In this document: positions 11,544 through 20,827 of the stretch, one piece after another
Layout: each line of letters starts with the position of its first letter
Numbering within the stretch: the stretch's first letter is position 1
Source: an uncultured Methylomirabilota bacterium
Lineage (GTDB): Bacteria > Methylomirabilota > Methylomirabilia > Methylomirabilales > 2-02-FULL-66-22
Assembly: GCA_963845565.1 (NCBI GenBank)
Contig: CAWJSJ010000005.1
Coordinates: forward strand, 96,001 to 160,000
Direction of reading: 5' to 3'
Length of the DNA: 64,000 bases
The notes under the pieces: model-generated
Told to the model about the DNA's origin: nothing
Databases searched by the model: none
What the model saw: only the letters and a program-made list of their open reading frames with translations
Translations under genes and position numbers: made by a program

Positions 11544-11572
11544 TTGACAAGGAGTTCCACCTCCAGTAGGAT
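11544..11572 (+). promoter_or_regulatory. Sigma70-type promoter for the thiamine operon
   Basis: TTGACA (11544-11549), 17-nt spacer, TAGGAT (11567-11572), directly upstream of the riboswitch. Confidence 0.75.
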
Positions 11573-11578
11573 AAATCC

Positions 11579-11678
11579 ACCGCTAGGGGAGCGTGCGCTG
11601 AGAGCCCCAATCTGCCAGCGGATGGGGGCGACCCTCTGAACCTGACCCGGGTAATTCCGGCGTAGGGAAGCGAGGCGG
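11579..11678 (+). ncRNA. TPP riboswitch (THI-box)
   Basis: Consensus elements GGGG..GCTGAGA, ACCC, TGAACCTGA, GGTAATTCC, GCGTAGGGAA; lies upstream of thiS-thiG-thiE. Confidence 0.95.
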
Positions 11679-11690
11679 TTGAGGATACGA

Positions 11691-11723
11691 ACGCGACACT
11701 CCTTGGGGTGTCGTGTTTTTTTT
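11691..11723 (+). terminator. Intrinsic terminator, expression platform of the TPP riboswitch
   Basis: ACGCGACACTCC / GGGGTGTCGTGT hairpin followed by a T-run. Confidence 0.85.
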
Positions 11724-11786
11724 GGCACGGACGCCGACAGGGCGGTCCTGGAATCTTCCCTCGGCCCAAACAACCGGCGAGGTCCC

Positions 11787-12233
11787 ATGACGCAGCGTCG
11801 CTACCCGGAACGTCCCTTCGTCGCCGTCGGCACGATCGTCGTGCGTGACGGTTGTGTCCTGCTCGCGCGGCGCGGAAAAGAGCCGAGTTACGGCCTGTGG
11901 TCGCTGCCGGGTGGCGCCGTGGATCTGGGCGAGGGGCTGAAGGATGCGGCGGCGCGGGAGACCCGGGAGGAATGCGGGATCGAGATCGAGATCACGGACG
12001 TGCTGGAGGTGGTGGAGCGAATGGTTCGAGATCCCGACGGCCGGGTCCAGTTTCACTATGTCATCGTGGACTACCTGGCACGGTGGACGAGCGGGGAGCT
12101 TGTCCCCTCTTCGGAGGTGCTGGAGGCCCACTGGGTTCCACCGGAGAGTTTTCCACGGTACGAGATGACCCGCGGCACGGCGGAGGTCGTCCTGCGGATG
12201 CTGGACACGGGAAGGAAAGCCGGGGTGCTGTGA
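11787..12233 (+). CDS. NUDIX hydrolase, first gene behind the TPP riboswitch
   Basis: Nudix box WSLPGGAVDLGEGLKDAAARETREECGI; GAGG RBS. Confidence 0.9.
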   Translation: MTQRRYPERPFVAVGTIVVRDGCVLLARRGKEPSYGLWSLPGGAVDLGEGLKDAAARETREECGIEIEITDVLEVVERMVRDPDGRVQFHYVIVDYLARWTSGELVPSSEVLEAHWVPPESFPRYEMTRGTAEVVLRMLDTGRKAGVL

Positions 12234-12235
12234 CA

Positions 12236-12419
12236 GGGGCAGCGACAGCGACAGGGAGAGAGGCAGGGACCGAGGGGCGGGGAGACGCAGGGGAGCGATG
12301 GCGCAGGGGAGCAGGGGGGCTGCGGAGCAGAGGAGCAACGGCGACCGGGAGAGTGGGGGGTTTCGGACCTTGGCCGCTGACCGCTGATTGCTGAAAGCTG
12401 TTCGCTGTTCGCTGAGAGC
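12236..12419. repeat. Intergenic low-complexity tandem arrays (6-, 8- and 7-nt periods; single arms)
   Basis: gcgaca-like units, then gcagggga-like units, then cgctgac/tgctgaa/cgctgtt units. Confidence 0.6.
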
Positions 12420-12432
12420 ACGAGGGTGGGCC

Positions 12433-12633
12433 ATGATGATTCATCTGAACGGCAAGGCGCGCGAGGTGGCCGAGGGTGTCACCGTCAGCCGCCTTCTCGA
12501 GGAGTTGAAGCTGCAGCCGCTGCGTGTGGCGGTCCAGGTGAACCAGGACATCATCAAGCGGGAGCGGTACGGAGAGGTAGCGCTGCAGCCGGGGGACACG
12601 GTGGAGATCTTGACCTTCATGTCCGGGGGATAG
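12433..12633 (+). CDS. thiS: Sulfur carrier protein ThiS
   Basis: IHLNGK...[10 protein letters not shown]...[13 protein letters not shown] with C-terminal GG. Confidence 0.95.
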   Translation: MMIHLNGKAREVAEGVTVSRLLEELKLQPLRVAVQVNQDIIKRERYGEVALQPGDTVEILTFMSGG

Positions 12634-12689
12634 CGGAACAGAATACGCGGCTCCCCGTTCGAAGGCGGAGCCGTCATAGGAGGTGGACC

Positions 12690-13466
12690 ATGCGCGGTAG
12701 CGGCACGCTCACCATCGCAGGCAAGGAGTTTCGGTCCCGCCTGTTCGTCGGTACGGGAAAATACCCCGACTTCGCCACCATGGAGAGAGCGCTGGCGGCC
12801 TCGGGAACGGAGATGGTCACCGTCGCGGTGCGCCGGGTGAACCTGGACCGGACTCAAGAATCGCTGCTGGATTTTATCGACCTGAAGAAGTACAGCCTGC
12901 TTCCGAACACGGCGGGCTGCTACACGGCCGACGAGGCCGTCACGTACTCTCGCCTGGCCCGTGAAGTCGGGATGTCCAACTGGGTGAAGCTGGAGGTGAT
13001 CGGCGACCAGCGGACGCTGTTCCCGGACAACGAGGAGTTGCTCAAGGCGACGAAGGTCCTGGTGAAGGACGGATTCGTCGTGATGCCGTACACCAACGAC
13101 GATCCCATCATGGCCAAGAAGCTGGAGGATGCAGGGGCGGCGGCGGTGATGCCGCTGGGGGCGCCCATCGGCTCGGGGTTGGGCATCCGGAATCCGCACA
13201 ACATCGCGATCATCTTGCAGGGGGCCAAGGTCCCGATCATCGTGGATGCCGGTGTGGGGACGGCGTCCGATGCGGCGATCGCCATGGAGATGGGAGCGGA
13301 CGGTGTGCTGATGAATACGGCCATCGCCGGCGCCAAGGATCCGGTCAAGATGGCGGAGGCCATGCGAAAGGCAGTCGAGGCTGGGCGTCTGGCCTTCGAG
13401 GCCGGTCGGATCCCGAAGAAATCCTACGCCTCCGCCTCGACGACGATGGAAGGGATGATCGAATAG
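12690..13466 (+). CDS. thiG: Thiazole synthase
   Basis: [53 protein letters not shown]. Confidence 0.97.
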   Translation: MRGSGTLTIAGKEFRSRLFVGTGKYPDFATMERALAASGTEMVTVAVRRVNLDRTQESLLDFIDLKKYSLLPNTAGCYTADEAVTYSRLAREVGMSNWVKLEVIGDQRTLFPDNEELLKATKVLVKDGFVVMPYTNDDPIMAKKLEDAGAAAVMPLGAPIGSGLGIRNPHNIAIILQGAKVPIIVDAGVGTASDAAIAMEMGADGVLMNTAIAGAKDPVKMAEAMRKAVEAGRLAFEAGRIPKKSYASASTTMEGMIE

Positions 13467-14167
13467 TGCCGAGAGCCGAGAGCCGAGCGTCGAGCGAAAA
13501 TGGCCACGCGCCACGCGCCACGAGTCGCGAGCCGCGAGATTGGGGCCTTTACCTTGTGACCGACCGGAACCAGACGGGGGGTCGAGATCTCGAGGACGTG
13601 CTCGCGCGGGCCCTGGAGGGCGGCGTCCGGGCCATCCAGCTTCGGGAGAAGGACCTCGACACGATCGAGGTGTTCCAGTTGGGAGAGCGCTTGCTCGCCG
13701 GAACCCGTGCGGCCGGCGCGGCGCTGATCGTGAACGATCGCGTCGATGTCGCCATGGCCCTGGGGGCGGACGGCGTGCACCTGACACGAAAGAGCCTGCC
13801 GCCACGCGAGGCCCGCGCCTTGGTGGGTCCCGACATGCTTCTCGGGGTGTCCTGTCACAATCTTGACGACGTGCGGGAGGCGGTTGACGGCGGTGTGGAC
13901 TTCCTGGTGCTCGGTCCCATTTACGCTACGCCATCCAAGGCGTCGTATGGCCCGCCGTTGACTCCGGAAATCCTGCGGCGCGCTCGGACGATCTGTGCGC
14001 TGCCGATCCTGGCCATCGGCGGGATCGGCCCCGAACGGGTCCCGGAGGTCATGGCAGCCGGCGCCGACGGGGTGGCCGCGATTTCGGCCGTCCTCGCCGC
14101 TCCCGATCCGGCTCTGGCGACACGGTCGTTGCTGGAAGCGGTCGCCCACGCGAAAGGCGTCGAGTAG
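13466..14167 (+). CDS. thiE: Thiamine-phosphate synthase, with a repeat-derived N-terminal extension
   Basis: LYLVTDR, IQLREKD, IVNDRVDVA, GVHL, GPIYATPSK, AIGGI. Confidence 0.93.
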   Translation: MPRAESRASSENGHAPRATSREPRDWGLYLVTDRNQTGGRDLEDVLARALEGGVRAIQLREKDLDTIEVFQLGERLLAGTRAAGAALIVNDRVDVAMALGADGVHLTRKSLPPREARALVGPDMLLGVSCHNLDDVREAVDGGVDFLVLGPIYATPSKASYGPPLTPEILRRARTICALPILAIGGIGPERVPEVMAAGADGVAAISAVLAAPDPALATRSLLEAVAHAKGVE

Positions 14168-14250
14168 TCGATAGGTCAACTGGTCAACTCGTATGGATCC
14201 AGTCATCGACCAATCGACTAATTGACCAGTTGACCAATGACGAGTTGACA
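14165..14250. repeat. Palindrome with 8-mer tandem arms (GGTCAACT / GTTGACCA)
   Basis: Left tagtcgat aggtcaac tggtcaac; right atcgacca atcgacta attgacca gttgacca; starts at the thiE stop TAG. Confidence 0.8.
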
Positions 14251-14257
14251 TTTCCCC

Positions 14258-14761
14258 ATGTGGATCATCGTTGACGGCTACAATCTGATACGTCAATGGC
14301 CGGAGTTGGCCATGCTGGACCGGGCCGACTTGGAGTCGGGCCGCGGGGCATTGCTCCAGGTGCTACGGGCATACCAGCGCGCCAGGCACCATCGGATCAC
14401 GGTGGTCTTCGACGGGCGCGAGCGCGGCAGCCTCTCCGGAGGAGAGGAAAAATCCGGCGGCGTCGGCGTTCGGTACTCCCGACAAGGGGAAACTGCCGAC
14501 GAGGTCATCGCCCGCTTGGTCGCCGAGGCGGGCGAGGGTGCGGTCGTGGTCAGCTCGGATCGTGAGGTCCAGGCCGCCGCTCGACGACACGGCGCCGCGC
14601 CGCTGGCGGCCGAGGAGTTCATGGCGCGTGTGGAGACCAGCCGCGTCGAGGCCCTGAAGGGCGGCGACGAGGAAGACCGTCCGCAGAAATCCGGAAAGGG
14701 GGCCGCCCGCCGTCTCCCCAAGCGGGAGCGACGCGTGGAGCGACGCCTCCGGGGATTGTGA
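14258..14761 (+). CDS. YacP/Rae1-like NYN-domain ribonuclease
   Basis: [34 protein letters not shown]. Confidence 0.88.
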   Translation: MWIIVDGYNLIRQWPELAMLDRADLESGRGALLQVLRAYQRARHHRITVVFDGRERGSLSGGEEKSGGVGVRYSRQGETADEVIARLVAEAGEGAVVVSSDREVQAAARRHGAAPLAAEEFMARVETSRVEALKGGDEEDRPQKSGKGAARRLPKRERRVERRLRGL

Positions 14762-14828
14762 TATGATGTCGCCTGGCGACCACGACGCGCGGATTGTGCC
14801 GGACTCATGGTACGAGGAGGAACGAATC

Positions 14829-15878
14829 ATGGTGCCGTTGACGCCCGATCGGATTGTTGACCTCCGCAGCGACACGGTGACGACGCCCACGCCCGAGATG
14901 CGGCGGGCGATGGCCGAGGCGGAGGTCGGCGATGATGTGTTCATGGAGGACCCCACCGTCCTGCGACTGGAGGCCCTGGCCGCCGAACTGCTCGGGAAGG
15001 AGGCCGCCCTGTTCGTGACGTCCGGGACGCAGGGGAACCAGGTCTCCCTCATGGCGCATACGCAGCGTGGGGACGAGATCATCCTGGACGAGAACTGCCA
15101 CATCTTCAACTATGAGGTCGCCGCCCTGGCGGTCCTCTCGGCCGTGCAGGCGCGGACGCTGCGGGGGCGCCACGGCATCCTGGACCCCGCCGACGTCCGG
15201 GACGCCATCCGCCCGCCGAACATCCACTATCCGCGGAACCCGCTCATCTGTCTGGAGAGCACCCACAACCGCGGTGGCGGATCGGTCTATCCTCTCGAGA
15301 CGCTGCGAGCGATCCGGCGGATCGCGACAGAACGCGGATTGGCGGTCCACCTGGACGGGGCCCGGCTCTTCAACGCGTGCGTGGCGATGGGCGTCCCGGC
15401 GAAGGACGTCGCCGCGCAGGCGGATTCCGTGACGTTCTGTCTCTCGAAAGGGCTCGGTGCGCCGGTGGGGTCGGTGGTGACCGGCAACCGGGACTTCATT
15501 GACAAGGCACGGCGCGCGCGGAAGATGCTGGGCGGGGGAATGCGCCAGGCCGGCGTGATCGCCGCCGCAGGCATCGTGGCGCTGGAGACGATGGTGGAGC
15601 GGCTGCGCGAGGATCACGAGAATGCCCGCACGCTGGCCGAGGGGCTGGCACGGCTTCCGGGGATCGAGATCGATCCCGGATGCGTCCAGACGAACATCGT
15701 CATCTTCGACCTGGCGCGGAAGGACCTCGACGCCGCGGGCCTGGTGCTGAAGCTCGCGGGGCATGGCGTCAAGTGCTTCGCCGTCGGCCCGAATCGGATC
15801 CGCATGGTGACGCACAAGGATGTGGACCGGGCGGGGATCCTGCACGCGCTGGAGGTCCTGAAGACGATTCTGCAATAG
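14829..15878 (+). CDS. ltaE: Low-specificity L-threonine aldolase
   Basis: [66 protein letters not shown] before 14829; extended -10 TGaTATGAT near 14759-14767. Confidence 0.95.
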   Translation: MVPLTPDRIVDLRSDTVTTPTPEMRRAMAEAEVGDDVFMEDPTVLRLEALAAELLGKEAALFVTSGTQGNQVSLMAHTQRGDEIILDENCHIFNYEVAALAVLSAVQARTLRGRHGILDPADVRDAIRPPNIHYPRNPLICLESTHNRGGGSVYPLETLRAIRRIATERGLAVHLDGARLFNACVAMGVPAKDVAAQADSVTFCLSKGLGAPVGSVVTGNRDFIDKARRARKMLGGGMRQAGVIAAAGIVALETMVERLREDHENARTLAEGLARLPGIEIDPGCVQTNIVIFDLARKDLDAAGLVLKLAGHGVKCFAVGPNRIRMVTHKDVDRAGILHALEVLKTILQ

Positions 15879-15907
15879 AAAAGAGCCCTGGGTCTTCCCA
15901 GGGCTCT
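15879..15907 (-). terminator. Intrinsic terminator between convergent ltaE and hup
   Basis: AGAGCCCTGGG-tctt-CCCAGGGCTCT perfect 11-bp stem; T-run on the minus strand. Confidence 0.75.
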
Positions 15908-15934
15908 GGTACATTCTGGCCGCCTGAGCGCGCT

Positions 15935-16039
15935 TAGGAGCCGTTACGAAATAACCTATACATCTCTTTCTATTTCGTTACGGCTCCTTATGCCGTTACC
16001 GGAATTTCTCCGGTCAAGCTATTCTTTGACGACGGCTTA
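15935..16039 (-). repeat. Dispersed repeat family A, copy 1 (about 104 bp, double hairpin)
   Basis: AGGAGCCGTTACGAAAT..ATTTCGTTACGGCTCCT joined to TATGCCGTT..ACGGCTTA; terminal TTA is the hup stop. Confidence 0.92.
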
Positions 16040-16309
16040 GCGAAGGGAGTCCTTCAGGGCCTTGCCCGCCTTGAAGCGCACGGTCTTGGAGGCCTTGATC
16101 TTGATCGTCTGGCCGGTCTGCGGATTCCGCCCGTTCCGCGCGGCCCGTTTTCCGACGCTGAACGTCCCGAACCCGACCAGACTCAACCGCTTGCCCTTCT
16201 TCAGCGATTCCCGCACGCACCCGACAAACGACCCCAACGCCGCCTCCGCGGCTCTCTTGGAGATTTGTGCATCCTTTGCCAACCGCGCAACCAGATCGGT
16301 CTTGGTCAT
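16037..16309 (-). CDS. hup: DNA-binding protein HU
   Basis: MTKTDLV...LVGFGTFSVGKRAARNGRNPQTGQTIKI...FKAGKALKD. Confidence 0.97.
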   Translation of the reverse strand: MTKTDLVARLAKDAQISKRAAEAALGSFVGCVRESLKKGKRLSLVGFGTFSVGKRAARNGRNPQTGQTIKIKASKTVRFKAGKALKDSLR

Positions 16310-16432
16310 GGGAAGCGCCTCCTGTGAGTGTTTCGAGAGGATGGAGACCGCACGGTTGTTCGCGTCACATCACTTGCCCTTATGCTCTTACCAAACGGGT
16401 ACGGGAAGGTCAAGGCGAAACACACGGCGCGT

Positions 16433-17764
16433 TCAGGCCTTTCGGCGCCAAGCCGTCAGACGCTTGCGGATCTCCGCCTCCAGCCCGCGGTCGGTCGGCC
16501 GATAGTACATGCGCTCCCGCAATCGCTCCGGCAGGTAGTCCTGCGCGACGTGGGCACCCGGGTGGTCGTGCGCGTACTGGTAGCCCTGGGCGTAGCCCAG
16601 CTCCGCCATGAGGGAGGTGGGGGCGTTCCGGATATGGAGCGGCACCGGCTCGGCCGGGGCCGAGGCGACGTCGGCTTTGGCTTCGTTGAACGCGACGTAG
16701 ACGGCGTTCGACTTGGGTGCGGTAGCGAGATATACGACGCACTGGGCCAGCGCGAGCTCGCCCTCCGGGCTCCCCAGGAAGTGATAGGCCTCCTTGGCCG
16801 CCAGAGCCAGGGACAACGCCCGCGGGTCCGCGTTCCCGATATCCTCCGAGGCGAAGCGCACCAGGCGCCGCGCCAGGTACAGCGGATCCTCGCCCGAGGC
16901 CAGCATGCGTGCCAGCCAGTAGAGGGCGGCGTCGGGGTCGCTGCCGCGCAGGCTCTTGTGCAGGGCGGAGATGAGGTTGTAATGCTCTTCCCCGGCTTTG
17001 TCATACAGCAAGCTCTTGTGCTGGGCCCCCTCTTGGACCGTGGCCAACGTGAGGACGCCCGGTTCGGATGCCGCGGCCGCCAGGCGGCCGGACAACTCCA
17101 ACAAATTCAGCGCGGACCGCGCGTCGCCGTTGGCCCAACGGCCGATAGCCTCCAGGACGTCGGGCGCCGCCTGGAGGCCGGCACGGCCGAGGCCGCGCTC
17201 CGGGTCGGCGAGGGCGCGGCTCAGGATTAGGACGACTTCCGCTTCGGAGAGCGGTTGGAGGACCAAAACCTTGGTGCGCGACAGTAAGGGTGCGATCACC
17301 TCGAAGGAGGGGTTCTCGGTGGTGGCGCCGATCAGGGTGATGGTCCCGCGCTCGACATGGGGGAGGAAGGCGTCCTGTTGTGCCTTGTTGAACCGATGGA
17401 TCTCGTCCACGAACAGAACGGTCCGCTGCCCCCCGCCCCGGAGTCGCCGCTCCGCCTCGGCAATGACCTCTTTGATCTCCTTGATCCCCGACGTCACGGC
17501 AGAGAAGGGAATGAAGGCCGCCCGGACGTGGCCGGCGATCAGCATGGCAAGCGAGGTCTTGCCCGTTCCCGGCGGGCCCCAGAAGATGAGGGAGGGAATC
17601 TCCCCCTGCGCCAATGCGATCCGCAGGATCTTTCCATCGCCCAAGAGATGGGACTGGCCGACAAACTCCTCCAGGCTGCGCGGCCGCATCCGATCGGCCA
17701 GCGGCGCGCCCTTCTTGGGGGAGGGGGATTCGCGGGGAAACAGCTCCAGGGTCACGGGCGACAC
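16433..17764 (-). CDS. rarA: Replication-associated recombination protein A (MgsA)
   Basis: [68 protein letters not shown]. Confidence 0.96.
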   Translation of the reverse strand: MSPVTLELFPRESPSPKKGAPLADRMRPRSLEEFVGQSHLLGDGKILRIALAQGEIPSLIFWGPPGTGKTSLAMLIAGHVRAAFIPFSAVTSGIKEIKEVIAEAERRLRGGGQRTVLFVDEIHRFNKAQQDAFLPHVERGTITLIGATTENPSFEVIAPLLSRTKVLVLQPLSEAEVVLILSRALADPERGLGRAGLQAAPDVLEAIGRWANGDARSALNLLELSGRLAAAASEPGVLTLATVQEGAQHKSLLYDKAGEEHYNLISALHKSLRGSDPDAALYWLARMLASGEDPLYLARRLVRFASEDIGNADPRALSLALAAKEAYHFLGSPEGELALAQCVVYLATAPKSNAVYVAFNEAKADVASAPAEPVPLHIRNAPTSLMAELGYAQGYQYAHDHPGAHVAQDYLPERLRERMYYRPTDRGLEAEIRKRLTAWRRKA

Positions 17765-17796
17765 CTCAAAGGGCTGCCGAAGAACTCGTCATGGTT

Positions 17797-17938
17797 CAGG
17801 TTGCTCAAAAAGGTCCAAATGCAAGGCGGAGCGCGATGCGGGGCGCGAGGCGTACTTGACACGTACGCCGCAGTGCCGCGCGCGCGGGGGCACCCACCTC
17901 AGGTGGGTCACCGCAGGTGGACCGTTTTCAGCAACCTG
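17797..17938 (-). mobile_element. MITE-like repeat family B, copy 1
   Basis: Terminal inverted repeats CAGGTTGCTCAAAAAGG / CCGTTTTCAGCAACCTG; begins right after the pyrE stop; extra TIR-like end at about 17770-17788. Confidence 0.85.
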
Positions 17939-17939
17939 C

Positions 17940-18548
17940 TTAGAACCGGACCGCGGCGATGAAGTCCAGGCAGCGGGCGAATTGGTCCGGGGACAGCCGG
18001 CCCGCCTCCCGCAGGTGGCCGAGGACCGCGGAGATCCGGAGCGCGCTGTGGAGGGTGTAGCCCTTCTCGCGCAGGCGGTCGGCCCCGCCTTGCTCCCGGT
18101 CCAGAAAGATGGCGAAGTCCTTCACGACCAGGCCGGCCTGGGCGAGCGGCTCAGCCGCCTCGAACTTGCTGGCCCCGTCGGTGATCACGTCGTCGATCAG
18201 CACGACGGTTTCGCCGGCCGCGAACGCGCCCTCGATGACCCGCTTGGTCCCGTAGTCCTTGGCCTCTTTCCGGGCATAGATCATGGGCAGGTTGCCGGCC
18301 AAGGAAACGGCCGTGGCGATGGGGAGGCCCGCGTACGGGATGCCGGCGATGCGCTGAAAGGTCAACGGGGCGAGGAGATCCAGGATGCGTTGCGCAATCG
18401 CACGGAGGATCGGCGGATGCGAGATGATCACTCGGAGGTCCACATAGAATGGGGAGAGCGCGCCGGATTTCAGCTTGAACTCTCCGAACTTCAGCGCCTG
18501 GATCGCGTGCAGGTCGTCGATCAGCTTCTTCTCTGCATCGGTCAACAT
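17940..18548 (-). CDS. pyrE: Orotate phosphoribosyltransferase
   Basis: FGEFKLKSGALSPFYVDLR, GIPYAGLP, RKEAKDYGT, LIDDVITDGASK. Confidence 0.95.
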   Translation of the reverse strand: MLTDAEKKLIDDLHAIQALKFGEFKLKSGALSPFYVDLRVIISHPPILRAIAQRILDLLAPLTFQRIAGIPYAGLPIATAVSLAGNLPMIYARKEAKDYGTKRVIEGAFAAGETVVLIDDVITDGASKFEAAEPLAQAGLVVKDFAIFLDREQGGADRLREKGYTLHSALRISAVLGHLREAGRLSPDQFARCLDFIAAVRF

Positions 18549-18581
18549 GCGACACCTCTGGCTGAGGACTCGATGGTTTCA

Positions 18582-18668
18582 AATGCAAAATGCGGAGTTC
18601 GGAATGCGGTTTGACGGATACGGACGGAGCGTGCCCTATTCCGCATTCTGGGTTCCGCATTCCGCATT
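18582..18668. repeat. Palindrome with 7-mer tandem arms (AATGCGG / CCGCATT)
   Basis: Left aatgcaa aatgcgg agttcgg aatgcgg; right ttccgca ttctggg ttccgca ttccgca tt; the right arm encodes the PyrF C-terminus. Confidence 0.85.
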
Positions 18669-19358
18669 GATGCGTCGGGCGGCCTCGACGGGGTCCGTGG
18701 CCGCCTGGATGGGGCGTCCCACCACCAGGTAATCGGCGCCGGCCCGGATCGCCTGACCGGGGGTCATGACCCGCTGCTGATCGTTCCGGGCCGCATCGGC
18801 CGGTCGGACCCCGGGCGTCACGATCAGGAAGCCGGGCCCGCATGCCTGCCGGATCAGACCAATCTCTTGTGGAGAGGCGACGACCCCGTCCAGACCGGCG
18901 GCCTTGGTCGCGCGGGCGAGATGCTCCACCTGCTGGGGCACGGTCCGGGTGGTGCCAAGCGTGTCCTTGATATCTAGGTCAGACAGGCTGGTGAGGACCG
19001 TGACGCCGATGACCAAGGGGCGCTCGCTGGGCGGAAAGGCCGCTACGGCCTGCGCCGCCGCCGTCATCATGGCCGGGCCGCCCGACGCGTGGACGTTGAC
19101 CATCCACACGCCCAGCGCCCGAGCCGAGGCGATGGCGCCCGCCACGGTGTTCGGAATGTCGTGGAACTTGAGGTCCAGGAAGACGCGGAGTCCAAGGTCG
19201 TGCATGGCGCGGACGGCCTCCGGCCCCTCGGCGGTGAACAGTTGGTTGCCGATCTTGACCGCCGCCAGATACGGGGCGAGCCGCCGAGCCAAGCTGACAG
19301 CCTCGGTCAACGTCGGGACGTCGAGGGGAAAGATGATGCGATTGGGATATCCGGTCAT
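18636..19358 (-). CDS. pyrF: Orotidine-5'-phosphate decarboxylase
   Basis: VKIG, FLDLKFHDIPNTV, NVHASGG, VTVLTS, VTPGVRP, DQQRVMTP, LVVGRPI. Confidence 0.96.
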   Translation of the reverse strand: MTGYPNRIIFPLDVPTLTEAVSLARRLAPYLAAVKIGNQLFTAEGPEAVRAMHDLGLRVFLDLKFHDIPNTVAGAIASARALGVWMVNVHASGGPAMMTAAAQAVAAFPPSERPLVIGVTVLTSLSDLDIKDTLGTTRTVPQQVEHLARATKAAGLDGVVASPQEIGLIRQACGPGFLIVTPGVRPADAARNDQQRVMTPGQAIRAGADYLVVGRPIQAATDPVEAARRINAECGTQNAE

Positions 19359-19392
19359 GGTCGGCGCTCGCTCCGGCACGGGGCTCTGGGGT

Positions 19393-19506
19393 CCGGCAAT
19401 CCGGCAACTGGCAACCTGGCAACTGGGCGAGTCGGCAATCTGGAAAAGAGGAAGGGCCAACAACCGATTCGCCTAATTGCCACGTTGCCAAATTGCCGAG
19501 TTGCCA
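19393..19506. repeat. Palindrome with 8-mer tandem arms (GGCAA-containing / TTGCC-containing)
   Basis: Left ccggcaat ccggcaac tggcaac ctggcaac tgggcgag tcggcaat; right ccgattcgcc taattgcc acgttgcc aaattgcc gagttgcc; in the pyrF leader region. Confidence 0.85.
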
Positions 19507-19602
19507 TTTCTTGCCGGAAGGCTATCACGGAGGCGGAAGCAGCGTCAACGGAAGCATCCGGGTGCATTTTGACGGCGGCCGGCGGGTCGGCCTCCCGTAG
19601 CG

Positions 19603-19632
19603 TTGACACGTCCGTGGCTCTCGGCTTAGAGT
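19603..19632 (+). promoter_or_regulatory. Sigma70-type promoter, probably leaderless, for the TPR gene
   Basis: TTGACA, 18-nt spacer, TAGAGT; ATG 6 nt downstream; no SD. Confidence 0.5.
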
Positions 19633-19638
19633 ACACCC

Positions 19639-20790
19639 ATGCTGCTCTGCCGGGTCGTTCTCTGGAGTCTCCTGGCTGGCGCGTTGCTGGCGCCACCCGC
19701 CGCGGCGTCCCACCACGCGCCCGCGGTGCGGGCGGGTATGCTTGCGGCGAGCGAGCTCCTCTTGAATCTGGAGCTGGATGCCGCCGCTGCCGAGTGTCGG
19801 CGCATGCTGGCGCTGCCGCAGGGCGAGGCGGCAGGTCGGTTCTGCCTGAGCCTGGTGACCCTGACGCGCGCCGAGGACCAGGACGACCCGACGCGTGAGC
19901 TGGATCGGTTCCTGGCGCAGGCGGATGACGCCCTGGCGGCGGCGGAAGCGCAGGAGCGCGCAGCCCCCACCGACGCCGAGACGCAGCTCCTGCTGGGGTT
20001 GATCCATGGAAGCAAGGCGCTGGTCGATGGCGGCCGCCGGAATTATTTCTCGGCGCTCCAGGGGGTGCGCGAGGCGCACCGACGGTTCCAGGAGGCTCAA
20101 CGGCTCGACCCGGCCTTGGTGGATGCGCTGTACGGTCTCGGGTTGTACCATATTGCGCTGGACAGGCTGCCCTCGCTTGTGAGACCGTTCGCCGCCCTCG
20201 TGCTGCCTGGCGGCGACGCCGCGTTGGGGATCAAGGAACTCGAGCGGGTGGCGGAAACCGGCGCATACCTCAAGATGACCGCGCGCGTGGCGCTTCTTCA
20301 CGTGTACGCCGGGATGGAGCACCGGTACGCCGAGGCGGTACGGCTGGGCCAGGATCTGCTGCGCCGTTTTCCGGGAAACCCGGAGCTGTATTTTGCCACC
20401 GCCCATGCGGCGTCCGAGGTCGGTCGGTTCGAGGAGGCGCTGGCGATCGCGCGCCGCGTCGGGCAACAGGTGGCCGAGGACCGACCACGGTTCGCGGGGC
20501 TCTCGGCGCGGTACAACCAATTGATGGGCAAGGTGTACATGGACCGTGGCGACTATGCCACGGCCCTGACGTTTTTCCAGCGCGCGGTTCAGGCGTCCAC
20601 ACCGCTCAGGTATCGATGGATCACCGCCTGGGCCTGGACGAGGTCGGGAATGATCTACGATCTCCAGGGCGACCGACAGGAGGCCGTGCGCAGGTACCAG
20701 GCGGCGCTGACGGTTGAGACGGACGGGCTGGCCAAGGACCTGGCCCGCCAGTACCTGGAAACCCCGTATCGCGGTCGCGCCCGCTCCTGA
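19639..20790 (+). CDS. Exported tetratricopeptide-repeat protein
   Basis: Signal peptide; helical repeats (DALYGLGLY, NPELYFATA, AWTRSGMIYDLQGDRQEAVRRYQAAL). Confidence 0.8.
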   Translation: MLLCRVVLWSLLAGALLAPPAAASHHAPAVRAGMLAASELLLNLELDAAAAECRRMLALPQGEAAGRFCLSLVTLTRAEDQDDPTRELDRFLAQADDALAAAEAQERAAPTDAETQLLLGLIHGSKALVDGGRRNYFSALQGVREAHRRFQEAQRLDPALVDALYGLGLYHIALDRLPSLVRPFAALVLPGGDAALGIKELERVAETGAYLKMTARVALLHVYAGMEHRYAEAVRLGQDLLRRFPGNPELYFATAHAASEVGRFEEALAIARRVGQQVAEDRPRFAGLSARYNQLMGKVYMDRGDYATALTFFQRAVQASTPLRYRWITAWAWTRSGMIYDLQGDRQEAVRRYQAALTVETDGLAKDLARQYLETPYRGRARS

Positions 20791-20827
20791 CCGTCATCCA
20801 CTTCACCGACGAAAGGATCCGCGCCCC

